Source: Nageia nagi (lineage: Eukaryota; Plantae; Pinophyta). Taken from it: a stretch of 64,000 nucleotides of DNA. The DNA is taken from contig JBITNC010000001.1 of the NCBI GenBank assembly GCA_050084985.1, positions 153,078,001 to 153,142,000 on the forward strand, written 5' to 3'. A program made the position numbers and the translations under genes. Shown in pieces: positions 39,153 through 52,020 of this stretch; the stretch's first letter is position 1; every line of letters begins with the position of its first letter. The notes under the pieces are model-generated. The model had not been told where the DNA came from, ran no database searches, and saw only the letters and a program-made list of their open reading frames with translations.

Positions 39153-39804
39153 CTGGGAGAATCCACAAGACCCTTGCGATGATGATTGAAGGCGTTTAAG
39201 CAGGTTCTTGATGTGGATCTTGTGCATCTCCCAGAATCCAGATTCCTTCACTGTATGACCAGATTTATCTAATTCCTTCTTTTCATTAGCAACGGTTCTG
39301 GGATTCTGAGATACTATTTCCCTCTGCTTCTTACCTATAAGGATTGCACCCAGAGTTATATTTTTCCGCTTCTTAAGCTTGTGCTAAGCTGAATTTTTGG
39401 CATCCACTGGAATGACAAAAAATTCTTCCAAGGGAAAACTAGGCGTGGCTAGCTGAGACTGGGGTTCTTCCTTATCATCTAATTCCTTTTCAAGCACTAG
39501 ATGGTTGGTATGTGACACTTGTTTGCAGTCACAATTGTCTTCAGATATTTGATTATAAACATTAATATCATTTTGCAATATGGTATGATCTTCAAGGCCC
39601 AAGATCTTGGCCAAGTTCTTTTTGAACTCCTCCACATCAATGAGTGTAATGCATTGATCTTCTTCTCCTTTCATCGGATAATTTTGATAGTGGTGCTGCT
39701 TCACACAGTTTCCATCAACTCCAAGAGTACCAATTCCTCTGGCAGCCAATTGTTAAAGACTAATGTGCCACATTGCTCCTCTTCCTTCCCTTCTAATAAT
39801 GCAT
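39153..39804 (-). CDS. LAZY: LAZY-like exon 3 (IGT motif, domains II-IV); frameshifted and with a stop
   Basis: aaatcag acceptor and CAG|GTAGC donor. Its 652 nt length is incompatible with phase-1 to phase-0 splicing. Confidence 0.75.
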
Positions 39805-40093
39805 CTGATTTAAACAAGATCTCGCATTCAACAAACCGAATAAATACACTTAAAACTCCTTACTCTACCACAACTATTACATTACTAGTTCTCAAGTGGA
39901 AAGAGATCAAAGTTGTAAACATATACAAATCTATATGTTATTATGCATGCACCAGCAACAAAACACTAACAAAAATGTCTTTTACAAGAGGTAAAGCAGC
40001 CCTATCAAAATAAAAATCCCAATGCCAATACACAAGGTTGAAATATCAAATGACTAAATTGTACTCGTAAGTCAAAGTCTTTAAACACCTCAC

Positions 40094-40178
40094 CTCGAGT
40101 CCTATTTGAAGTATTGATAATATAACCACCGTAAACTATCTTCTTTGGATTGAACTTCCTCTGAACCCAATTGAAGAT
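40094..40178 (-). CDS. LAZY: LAZY-like exon 2 (domain I, IFNWVQRKF)
   Basis: ttgcag acceptor and G|GTGAG donor; joins exon 1 ATG AAG at 40313-40318. Confidence 0.85.
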
Positions 40179-40607
40179 CTGCAATGGGATTGAGTTAGAC
40201 AAGAAGAATGTCAGCATTTCTTTAGCCCAGTACATGATTTTTTCTTCTTCCACAAATTTTATGACTCCAAATAAACAAATACAATATGCATATCATTCAG
40301 CGCGCTAACTACCTTCATTCTAAAGCTCCAAAATTAGTCAAGGATTGACACACGGAATTTCTATGTCGTCAAAGTGGAAATGAATTCGAATCCTTCAACC
40401 AAAATTGATTGCTGCCTCTTCTTCCAGAATAGCATAAGATTGATATTTAACACCTTTTCTTTCTCTCTATTCAACTTTAGCAAATCCCAAGGTAGATTTT
40501 ATCTAGTTATTTAGATTTCAAAGGTTTAATTAAACCGGCAATTAATGAGGATTATTCCTCGGATTCAGTGACCTACTTAGCTAAGGCTCCCGAGCATTCT
40601 TAAAGTT

Positions 40608-40886
40608 CCACTTTGTACTATCGTGGCATGCCTTCATCCAAGGGACCCACTTCGTACTACCGTGGAGTGGGTTTCATCGAAGGTAAAAAAAAATTCTCGC
40701 ACGGAGTCACCTGGTGACTTTTAAAAAATTCTCAGTACAATCGTGGATGCACCCCGGTATCTAGATTTCCATGCTTGAAAAGTTGTTCATAGTATAAGTA
40801 ACAGACATAAACTATACATGTGTAGGTTGTCTCACCAAATTTAGCAATTATTGGAAAACAAAATTCTTCTACTATTCTGCTGTCTC
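40608..40886. promoter_or_regulatory. LAZY upstream region with repeated GTAC-N3-CGTGG motif (x3), palindrome and two TGTCTC AuxRE cores
   Basis: ~38-bp direct repeat at 40608-40644 and 40647-40684, third motif at 40731-40748, AGTCAC-CTG-GTGACT at 40705-40719, TGTCTC at 40828-40833 and 40881-40886. CpG-retaining. Confidence 0.5.
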
Positions 40887-42074
40887 ACTAAAGTTGTTCT
40901 GGTATCATGTTACTTCGAATTTTCATATCACATGGAGTAGTACTCATGCATACCAATGCGGTTGCATGAGGATGTCACGTGTTTCTTTTTCTCCATTGCA
41001 AGTGTTCAATCTCTTTGGTGTTATAATTTTGGTATCAAGTTTATAAAACACGTAGGGATCTTATGGAGAATATTTGTTGTTTAGAAAGTAACAGGTTAGA
41101 ATATCAAAATCTTCAAAATTCCCACAGATTTGAAGATACATCACTGATTTTAAAGCATTTAATATATTTGTCCTATGAAAAAATCCAAAATCAGTTTCAA
41201 CAATTTACATTCAGCATAAATAGTATACACAGAACAGCTAAGAGCCTCTACAAACATTCTGGAATATATGAACAACTTGACATTAAAATTGTTCCTATGT
41301 TTTTTATTTGTTAAGTAAACAGAACTCATTCAACTGATTCAATATTTTCTAGATGCACGATAAAAGTTAAGTTGGATTTAAATGATATGTCTTATATGCT
41401 ATATTACAACCATCTTATTAACAATTGAATAGACTTTCTTTTAATTAATAATACATATTTGGAAACAAATTAAACTTACTCAATAATAAATTAGATATTA
41501 AGTGCGAGAATAAGATTTGAGATAATTTACTCAGATTTGTATGGTTTTTTAGTCTTATTAAAATTACTCATAGTTAATACCATACCATAATTTTGTATAA
41601 GTTAATGAATATTTTCAATGATAAAATTATGAATGATATATTTGATTAGTAATAGAAAGTAAATTAGAAATATTTAGTTTGTATTATATTTATTACTATT
41701 TAGGTAAATTGAATTGTGGTTATTTTTTTTTTCAAATGATCTTTAAATTTATTATTGTATATTTTTAAGAAAAAAATTAGAATATTTGATTATTAGCATG
41801 GTGAAAAAGAATACAATTCTTCATTATGTATAAAGTAATAATATAGTATTTTGGTTATAAACAAAACTTATCTTAAATGGAGAGTTAGATTATCCTCTAC
41901 ACAAAATTTTAAAATAAAAAAATGGTTGTTGTATTTTTAATCATGTAAATTATATTTGTAATTGAATAATATAAAATAGTTAAATATATCTATTATAACT
42001 AATATCTTATCAATTTTAAATTTAAAAATATTTGTTGAAATTTATAAATAATATTTTTTTTACACATGCAATTA

Positions 42075-42118
42075 ACACAACTCACACATCCAACATACAC
42101 AACTCACACATCCAACAT
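42075..42118. repeat. 22-bp perfect tandem duplication (ACACAACTCACACATCCAACAT x2)
   Basis: Read directly from the sequence. Confidence 0.9.
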
Positions 42119-42689
42119 AGATACTAGAACTCAAGACAAGGCCCAACCAACCATTGCACTGCTACCCCAATGCCTCCCACTAGGGCTTTATAAATAATTT
42201 TACATGCATATTGATGATAGAAACTCAAATTTTCCATATGTATAAAATGAAGTTTTTGTAATCTTATTTATTTAATCTAGTTCAAAAAGTTAGGAAAAAA
42301 GTATGTACCATAAAATTATGATTCTTTTACATTATTTGAAGTATAATAAATAAAGTAACATAAAAATTACATATTTAAAAGCTAAAAGGAAAACTATATA
42401 ATCTTTCTAAAATCTTCAAAAATATTAAATATAAAAATAAAAAGTATTTATGTAATGAATGGATATATTATGTATAACCAAAAGAATGTTGAAAAAGCTA
42501 AGTTTTTTGTCCCTATGCAACCTAGACTTAATGCAAAAAGAAGTATGCTTCTACTTTGATAAAATGTATGTTTAAGTTTGAATGAGAAAATAACACATGT
42601 TATATTTTAATTTTTTAAGTTTCATATATTAGTAAATTTTATGTTTAAGTTTGAATTAGTAAGTTTATATATATATATATTTTGTCACC

Positions 42690-43162
42690 TACTTTTCTTC
42701 TTTTGATATGGATTCACTCTTTCTTATAAGAGTTTCTTATATGACCTTCAGATGTCTAATAAAATTTTAGAAAATGTTATGTTACCATTTTTGTAGTTCA
42801 TACAAAATTTTCATATATATATATATATATATATATAAGTAGCATTATATATAAGTTTTAATTTACACTTTCTTATAAGAGTTTCTTAGATGGTCTTTAC
42901 ATGTGTAATGAAATATTATAAAATATTATGCTTACGATTTTTGTAGTTCATAAGAAATTTCCCTATATACAAGTAGCATTATATATAAGTCTTTTATGTT
43001 ATAACTTTTATTTCTTTTAGTAGCATTATCATCTACTTTTCTTCTTTTAATATTGATTCACTATATATTATAAGAGTTTTTTATATGGCCTTCACATGGC
43101 TAATGAAATCTTAAAAAATCTTATGGTTACCATTTTTGTAGTTCATAAAAACTTTCCATATA
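42690..43162. repeat. Three diverged ~170-bp tandem units with embedded (TA)n
   Basis: TTATAAGAGTTT...ATTTTTGTAGTTCATA recurs at ~42724, ~42874 and ~43068. Confidence 0.8.
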
Positions 43163-43699
43163 AAGGTACAAAAATACATAATAGATTAATTTTCATATGC
43201 ATTTATTGGACATGATTTTCAATACTTTTCCATTATTAATAAGTTATTCATTACTATTATATTTTAATGCATAAAATGTCTTAAGGAAATTCTATCATTT
43301 ATGTGTTATTAGAAAACTAATTAATAAAAAATAAAAATTCATTTTTAAAACTTTTAAAGAGTCTCAAGGAATTTGGTAGTACCACTCCAAAGATTGACAA
43401 TAAAGAATTCTAAAGAACATTTTTAAAAAGATTTCCACATCATAGGCACATCATAGGTGATATCACAACATGAAATATAATAGGATTTTTAGTTGTTTAT
43501 GGGTTTATCTTTAAAAATTTAAAATTTGAGATTTTCAAAGTCCAGAAGTAATATTTAAAATTTAAAATTTTCATAGTTTAGAAACAATTATTAAGTAATA
43601 AAAAATTACGACTTTTATTTGATTTATTCTTTCAATATTACATCATAAAATAAGGTAAAAATAATTTTTTATTGAGGTACTATAAACCATTATATTTTA

Positions 43700-46600
43700 T
43701 AAAGTTTAACTATTTATATTTTTTTGTAATCCTAAATTTTCATAATTTGTTTATATGGGATATATAACTTGATTGTTAAAATAAAACTCAATTTTATGGG
43801 TAAGAAATTTGATTACAACTATGATTAAATATGTTAGTAGGGAAATGACTATAAAAAAAAATTTATTCTAAACTTAAAAACTTTCTATAAAAGGATTAAT
43901 AAGAGGAACAAATATGTCAACACCCTTGAGCTAATTACATAATAAATTTGAGGTTAGAGAAAATATGTTTATCATAGGAATAAGCTAGGATGATAGTATA
44001 TTGAAGGCTTTGGTTAATGGCAACTTAGAAAATATTTAATCCATTTAAGGTATATCTATATTACATAAGGTTTTTGACCAATGGATTAAGTCCTTTAAGG
44101 GATATTAAACTAAGGAGTTAGTCTTCTTCTAGAGATAAGGGACCTTAAATTGTACATATCATATATATTATTAGGGTGACAAGTAAGATTCAACCCTTAC
44201 AATTTATAGTAAACTTATTTTATAGAAGGATTTTTTCTAAAAACTATTATTATAGATACCTAATTTTGATTTTTATTCTATTAAAAATCACTATTTTAGA
44301 TTTCAATAGGAGTTAGTTCATTTAATAGAATTTCTATAAAGTATATTATTCTTTCAATATATAGTCAACTATTGTTCTCTTCTTTTCTTTCATTCCTAAC
44401 ATATAAAAGGAGGTTCCAAGATCATTTCAAATCATCATTTCTCTTTGTCATTAAAAATTATCTATGAAAAAGCTCAAGATGTCTCTATATAATCCATTCA
44501 AACATATGAATATCATCATTACAAATTTGAGACATCCAAGAATTCATTGCCAATCATTGAGGTGACTTGAAGAGCTTCTTGAGCCATAATGATAGGTTTT
44601 AAACTAAATTAGAGCAATCAGACTGCAAAGTAGATATTTTAAACTCATTAACTAAGCTCTATTATATAAAATAATTCTTTAAAAAAGGTTTAAATTAACT
44701 TTATTTTAGGCTCTAAGATTAAGCTTGACCATGATCCTACAAGATCCTTAGTTTTCAAAAGTCACAAGTTGGGTTGTTTTTAGTTTTTGAGCCTCTTATA
44801 TCCTTTATTTATTTCATAAATATCTTTTATGAATAATTGAATATTTTGTTTCATTTCAATTTAGATGTTTTATTCCAAATAATAGGAATAAGCTTGACCA
44901 TCATTAAGGTTAATCCTAACCCTTATGAAATTCAAGATAAGTATCAATCATCCCAAAATAATTGAGTTTTGAAGAGCCTTGTAGGAAGGAATTGGTAGTC
45001 AAATTTAAAGGGTTAAAACTCATAAAATGTGTGTATAAAGTATTATCTTATTTATTTTAATTGGATATATTAAAATTTGGAACTATGATGCTTAATTGTT
45101 AAATCTTACCTACCCTAGTTTGTAGAAAATTATCATATTTTCCCACCTTAGTCATATTAGCACTATACTAAAATCAAGATTTGAGGATGGTTCTAATCCA
45201 CTATGATAGGTATTTAATGGTAGTTTTTCTCTATCATATATGAGGTGTAGTAAAAATAATTGGAGGATATGATGGCAATTTTAATCCACTAATCATAACC
45301 ATCTTAGTATCTTCATACAAAAGTGGGTACTAAAGCATCATATTATAATACATATAACCATCATCTTAGGGTTATATTTTAATAATATATTATATAAATA
45401 ATAATAAAATAATATAGGTATATAACCACCATAGTATATAATATGAGTATGGTTATAAAATATTATCTCATGATTTCATCTGTAAAAGAAATATAGGCTC
45501 GTGGGATGGTGCTCACAAATTTGCTTAAAATTACACTTCATGCCTTATCAAACATATGTTCGTGGTATGGTTCTCATAATTATTTGAAGAGCATAACATT
45601 TATATAAAATGAATTATATGAAAAGAACATTCTCTCATTTGGATTTACCATTCTCAATTTGAAGTTTCCATTCTCAATTTGGACTTGTCATTCTCAATTG
45701 GACTTTCCATTCTCATCATTGGAGGTGACCTTATTCAGTTAGATCTTGTTGAATACTCTCAAATCAAATAAAATAGAGCTTTATGGGAGATGATATACAA
45801 AGGAGGACTCCAACATATCTTTAAATCCTTTAGAGGTTATGACACAAATATTTGTTTAGCAATTACTCCAAACATGGAATAATGGAAGAGTTGTAGTAGA
45901 AGATTTAGAATTATAATTTATCATGGAAGTAGTAGCACATGCAATTGGTCTCAAACTAGAAAGAAAGAGAGTAAATACAAAGGATAAGTAAACTAAAAAG
46001 GATGTAGAGCCGTGTTAAGGCTAAATTCAAAAAGATTACAAAGTTATGTGAAGGGTATGGCATAGAAAGCCTTTCTAAAATTTGGATTGAACTTTGTAAT
46101 GTGATTATCTAGTATGTCACACTACAAGGTAGATATAAGATGATTTTGGACTATCAATTTGCAAATATGAGTCATTTTTATAACACATAAAAGGCTAGTT
46201 TCCCTTTCTTCATGGTTAATTCATTGTAAATCTCTATTTTGAATGCAAGGAAATCACATTACATAGTTCCCCTACACTAGGGGTTTATTTTTATTACTTA
46301 TGCTATGTTTGATAGGAAAACCACCAATATACATCCCTAAGATCAATCCAAATTTAGTTCCTTACCTTTATAGCTCTTGATCTAATGAATATATGCCATT
46401 AGCTCTAATATTTTAGAAATGGAGGTCATTTGGTAATGTGAAGTACTCTAAAGATCATTATAGTAGAACAAATAAGGAGAAATAAGCTACACACATAGTG
46501 CCATCCAATATTTATGCAAGAGTGATTGAAAGTAGTTAAGAGGACCAAAAGCAAGAAAACGATATCATAGAAACAAAATGATGGGAATTTTACATCTGGT
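43700..46600 (+). mobile_element. Very degenerate LTR-retroelement remnant with accessory ORF fragment (~45760-46330)
   Basis: Remnant GGLQHIFKSFRGYDTN...WNNGRVVVEDLEL...VVAHAIGLKLE resembles conifer retroelement extra ORFs (from recall, not a search). Boundaries are approximate. Confidence 0.45.
45630..45722. repeat. ~20-bp minisatellite (CCATTCTCAATTTGGACTT-like, ~4.5 copies)
   Basis: Read directly from the sequence. Confidence 0.85.
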
Positions 46601-46739
46601 AGGCATGCTAAGTGTATATGTTGCAGTATTTAATTTTTATCACTAAAATTCATTTCAAAAATTATGTTATGATATAATTAATTTATGCTTATTTTATATA
46701 TGTCTTTATAGCTTATTAGTATTTTGTAGATATGTTAAT

Positions 46740-49700
46740 AGCTCCTTATGTTCCATGTATTACTGAAGTGGCATACATTGTAAATTGTGATAAACATACA
46801 TTCAAAATGATATATAATGTAAGCATTGATAGATTTATATTGACAGTATGGAATCATTAAAAATATTAGTATTCCATTTGACAATATACATAAAATAATT
46901 TCATGGAATGTGATGATTGCAATATATGCAAGGAATGGTTGTATAACAAGAAATCCATCATACTTTTTGAGAAATAGAATATGCAAGAATTAATATAGAT
47001 AGTGGTACATTTTTTAGTATCTTATATCCATGTAGTCATGTAGGTATAGTGAAATAGGTCTCTCAATAATTTACCTTCATGAATGCATCCATAATGAGAA
47101 ACTATACATGTATAGTTGAATGCACCCACAATGCACCTATATTGTCTCACTTTGTCCAAAGATACTTGTATAGATTTTTTGTATAATGAAAACCATGAAT
47201 ACTTTAGGCATGGGATGCAATAAATAGATAGTATTTATACCTTACAATTAAATAATGAATCCAAAAAACTTATTCTTTTTCTCCATGAAGCTAAAAATGA
47301 ACAATTTATAATACACATTTATTAGTTGTGTTGGGCATCTATATGAAATAAAAATACTTTATAAAAAGCATTCCAATAAAACTTGATGTTGTAATGAGGA
47401 CTTATTTTCTTGGTACCTATAGATTTTATAGCAAAATGGGGTATGGATATTCAAGCTTAAATAACTAGATGTGGTTTTATTTTGCATGTAATTGTGATAA
47501 TAGCCTTGATGAACATCTATGCAAAATGTAGCTATATGTGTATCTTAATGAAAGGAGGATATTAATGGTTTTATTATCATATTAATACCATAATTGAATA
47601 CAATACATGTATGGTTGATATTCTAGTCCATAGCATTCTAGATGTAGCTAAAGACTATATAAATAGCACTGACAATGTATCCATATTATCTCATTTTTTC
47701 CAAAGATACTTGTATGAATTTTTTGTATAACATCATCCATGGACACTTTAGGTAAATAATATTTATATCTCAAACTAAATAATGGAGAATCCAAAAAGCT
47801 TATTCTTTTTTCTCTATGCAAACTAAAAGTGAACAATTTACAATACATGTTTATTGGTTGTGTTGGGCATCTAGATGAAGCAAAAGGACATTATAAATAA
47901 CATTTCAACAAAGCTTAATGTTGCAATGTGAACTTGTTTTCCTATAGGTTTCATAACTAAATAGGGCATAGATATTCAAGAATAAATAAATAGATATAAT
48001 TTTCTTTTGCATGCAATTATGATAACAACCTTGATAAACATGTATGTAAAATATAGCTATGCAACTAAGATACCACTATAAAAAATACATATCATGGTTT
48101 AGAAATACCTAATTAATTTCTCATCTATCTACTTGCAAAGATACACCAATAGATCCTACTTCAAAAATCATTATAACAAGCTTTGTCACATTTATAAAAA
48201 GTTATTTCTCTCATTTACCATCATTGAAATATATTTTCTAAAAGATTAATATGTTAATTCCACCTTACTCAAAATCATTTTATTGATATAAAATAATAAA
48301 CTAGTATGTAAATCAAAATATTTTTGTTGATATAATAGTCCTTATATCATTGACATAATTAAAAAGAAGTCTGTTGGACTGAATAATTTTACATGAGGGT
48401 CATAAATACTATAATAACATCATGAGTGAATTTTATAATATATTTTCAAGATGAATAATTATACATGCATTGTTGACCTTCTTGGTTTTCCAAGAAGCTT
48501 TGAAATTCATTTACAAGATGCCAATAAAACCTAAATCAAATGTGTGGATGTGTCTTCTTGGTGCTTGTATATTACATAAGAATGTAGTAATAGGGGAATT
48601 TTTTGGAAACAATCCTTTTTTTATTGAAGCCTAAAAATTATTCATCATATATTGTTATTTCACATATTTATGTTGAATTGAAGAGGTTGGATTATGCTTA
48701 AAGAGTAATAAGATTGATGAAATATAGAGGAATAAAAAAGAGTAATTGAAAATAGATTTTCATCGAATGTTGTGGTTGTGAAAATCCTCATAGATATGTA
48801 TGCAAAATGTGGAATAATACACAAGGCCTTAGAATTATTTGATAAGATGCACAATGCAAACATAACTTCATGGATTGCAATGATCGTAGGATTTTCATAC
48901 AACAAATTTGTTTAAAGAGCCCATGAATTATTTGATAAAATTCTTCATAGAGATGCAATTAGATATACACAAAATGGGTTTTCTGAAATGGATGTAGAAA
49001 CTTTTAAGAATATATGATTGTTAGGTGTAAAGAAAAACTCTACAACCTTTTCAAAAATTCTTACACTATATGCCACCATTGGAAGTCTCAAAGAAGGCAT
49101 AAACATCAATCAAATAGTAGTTGAAAATGGCTTATCATTGAATCTTGTAGTTATGAATGTTGTGATAGATATGTATGAAAAATATCAAAGAACACATAAG
49201 GCCTACAATTTATTTGATAAGATGTATGATGTAGACATAGTTTATGGGACTTCAATTCTTTGAAGATATGCACAAAATGATGCAAACATGGATTCATGGA
49301 CTATAATGATTTCATGATATGTACAAATGGATATGTTGAAAGGTCTCATGATTTTTTTTTAAATGCTTCATTGAGATGCAATCTCATGGACTACAATGAT
49401 CCCATGATATGCACAAAATGGGTTTTCTAAAAAAGCTTTAGAGACTTTTAAGCATATGAAATTATCAATTGTAGATCCAAACTCTACAACCTTTGCTATT
49501 CTTATAATATCTACCACCATGGGAGGTATTAAAGAAGGTATGAACATCCATAAAAGAGTAGTTGAAAATGGATTTTCATTTCATTTTATTGTTATGAATT
49601 TCCTAATAAAAATGTATGCAAAATGTGGAAGAATACACAAGGCCTAGTAAAATTATTTCATGAGATGCATGATGTAGATACAATTTTATAGACTCTAATT

Positions 49701-52020
49701 CTTGGAGGATATGGAAAACATGATATAGATAAATATTTTAGACTAAAATGATCATAATATATGCATAAAATAGATATGTTGCAAGGGCCCATGAATTGTT
49801 TGATAAAATGTCTCATCAAGTTGCAATCTTATGTATTAGAATGATCCTAAGATATGCACAAAATGGTTTTTCAAAAAAATATTTTAGAGACTTTTAAGAA
49901 CATGCAATTGTGAGGTGTAAAGCCACACTGTACAACCTTTTTCAACATTCTTACAATATGTACCATCATAGGAGGTCTCAAAGAAGGTATGAACATCCAT
50001 CAAAGAGTAGTTGAAAAATGCTTTTCAAACAATGTTATGGTTGTGAATTCCCTGATAGATATGTATGCGAACTATGGAAGAATACACAAGGTCTAAGAAT
50101 TATTTCACAAGATACATGATGTAGATATAATTTCATGGATTGAAATTCTTTGAGGATATGCAATTTATGGATACAAAGAGGATTCCCTTAAACTATTTGA
50201 TCTGATGAAGCACTTAGAAAGTTCAAAACTAATATTGAAAATATAACCTTTTTATGTGTTCTACTTGCATGCAACTATGCATGTCTAGTATATCAGGACT
50301 ATAAATATTTTAATAGCATAAGTGAATTTAATTACATTATTATTCTTAGGATGTGCCCTATAGACATATATGTAAAATATGAAAGAATACACAACATCCA
50401 AGAATTGACCTTAAATCTTATATTTCTCATAATCTACATAGGGATAAGGAGCATGGAATATTGTAATTAGTAAAGATCTATTCTTCCCTTGTTGAGATAA
50501 CCTAGCTATAGTGGTTGTAAAAACCATAATAGTACTATATTTCTTATGGCTAAACACCCCCACCTAAGATCACCCCTTTAAGGGTGATAGAGGGATCGTA
50601 CTATTTGTATCATTTTCTTACTTCTTGTTCAGAGGTTCATAAGAAGCATAAATCCATAAAATTTATTAAATATTTCCTTTACAAATAGAATATGCTATAA
50701 ATTATATCAAATTTAGTATAGTTGGGGATTGAATATATTATTCAAAGGAGAACATTATTAGAGATATGTAAAATATATGCATGATGCAAACATAAGTTTA
50801 TGTACTAGAGTGGTTAGAGGATATGCAATTCATGGCTATAATAAGCATTCCCTTAAACACTTTAATTTGATGAATCACTTGGACTCAACCCTAAAAACAT
50901 AACCTTTGTATGTGTTCTATATGTATACAACCATGTAATGGATGAGGGATATAAATATTTTAATAACAAGAGTGAATTTTATTCCATTATTTCTAAGATG
51001 TCCGCTATATTCATGTATAAAAAATATGAAAGCATACATTAGGGTATAATATTATTTTATAATATGAAAAATGTAAATTAGATTTATGGACTGCAATGAT
51101 TGGATGATATGCAATTCATGGCTATAATAAAGATTATCTTAAGCTCATTAATCTGATGAATAAATTGGGAACCGACCCTTACAATATAACCTTTTTATGT
51201 GTTTTACATGCATGCAACCATATATGTTTAGGGGATGAGGGTTGTAAATACTTAATAGAATATGTGACTTTTATTACATTATTCTAAGGATGTGCCTTAT
51301 ATATATGTATCTAGAATATCAAAGAATATACAAAAAATAAAGAATTATTTTACAAGATGTGACATGCAATATGTACACATAGGTCTATGGACTACAATAA
51401 TTAGAGTATATGCAAATCATAGGTATAACAAGCATTTCTTTAAACTCTTTAATCTTATAAAGAACTTGGGAATCGACCCTAACAAAATGACCTTTGTATG
51501 TGTTCTACATGTATGCAATCGTGTAGGTATATTGTATGAGGGTTTTAAATACTTTAATAGTATGAGTTATTTTTATTACATTATTTTTGGGATGAATTAT
51601 TATGCATACATTGTTGACCTTCTTGGCCTTGCAAGCTATCATTTTGAAGATGCGCAAAAATATTGAATCAGAAGTGTGAAAAGTTTTCACTTCTTCTATG
51701 AACTACAAATAGATATATGATTGAGCTTCATGGCCATGTTGGGCATTTATATTAAGAAAAATAATTTATAAATAACATGCCAATAAACCATATTGCTTTA
51801 GTATGGAGTGATTTGCTTCTTACCTTGACCCATTTTCTACTAATGATAGTGGAGTCATCTTCCTTGTACTACTCACCTTCCTCTTCCTCTTTTTCTCGTA
51901 ATTGTTTGGTTTTCTAGTAATTATCATAATTAATGAAATTATATAATACATGTATGGTTTAATTTCTTGGCCATGTTGGGAATTTAGATAAAAGTACTAG
52001 ATAAAGAGCATGCCAAATGA
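46740..52020 (+). pseudogene. Scrambled PLS-E class PPR pseudogene array
   Basis: Repeated motifs DMYAKCG, SWTTMI..YAQNGF, GVKPNSTTF, GMNIHQRVVENG, P2-L2 modules (YAIHGYNK..LKLFNL..ITFVCVLHACNH) and E motif (VWMCLLGACILHKN, ~48543-48585). Riddled with stops. Confidence 0.9.
50405..50760 (-). mobile_element. Short copia-like PPT/LTR fragment inserted in the PPR array
   Basis: TTAGGTGGGGGTGTT PPT-LTR junction on minus (~50553-50567). It interrupts a PPR S motif, which resumes at ~50775. Confidence 0.45.

Larger units (their letters stand above)
38593..40318 (-). pseudogene. LAZY: LAZY/DRO1/TAC1 (IGT) family gravitropism gene, 5 coding exons, apparently disabled
   Basis: Exons 40313-40318 (MK), 40094-40178 (IFNWVQRKFN...), 39153-39804 (GIGTLG, PLEEFF, ITLGAIL, KNLLKRL), 38698-39043 (...YWIRSNSD) and 38593-38612 (FVVLEL*). 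All introns are GT-AG. The 2-codon first exon and 20-nt last exon are the canonical LAZY structure. Frameshift at ~39735-39740 and in-frame TAG at 39384-39386. Confidence 0.9.

Noticed and set aside
39519-40013. 164-aa plus-strand ORF, the longest in the track
   Set aside because: Antisense to LAZY exon 3 and intron 2, non-ATG start and no recognisable motif; a shadow ORF.
40005-40253. 82-aa ORF MEEEKIMYW... as a gene start
   Set aside because: It begins in intron 1 and reads into intron 2. The real start is the ATG AAG micro-exon at 40313-40318.
42120-42180. Minus-strand SINE/tRNA remnant
   Set aside because: The A- and B-box-like motifs are too close together and too degenerate to support.
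45630-45722. CRISPR-like array
   Set aside because: Head-to-tail minisatellite with no unique spacers, in eukaryotic DNA with no cas genes.
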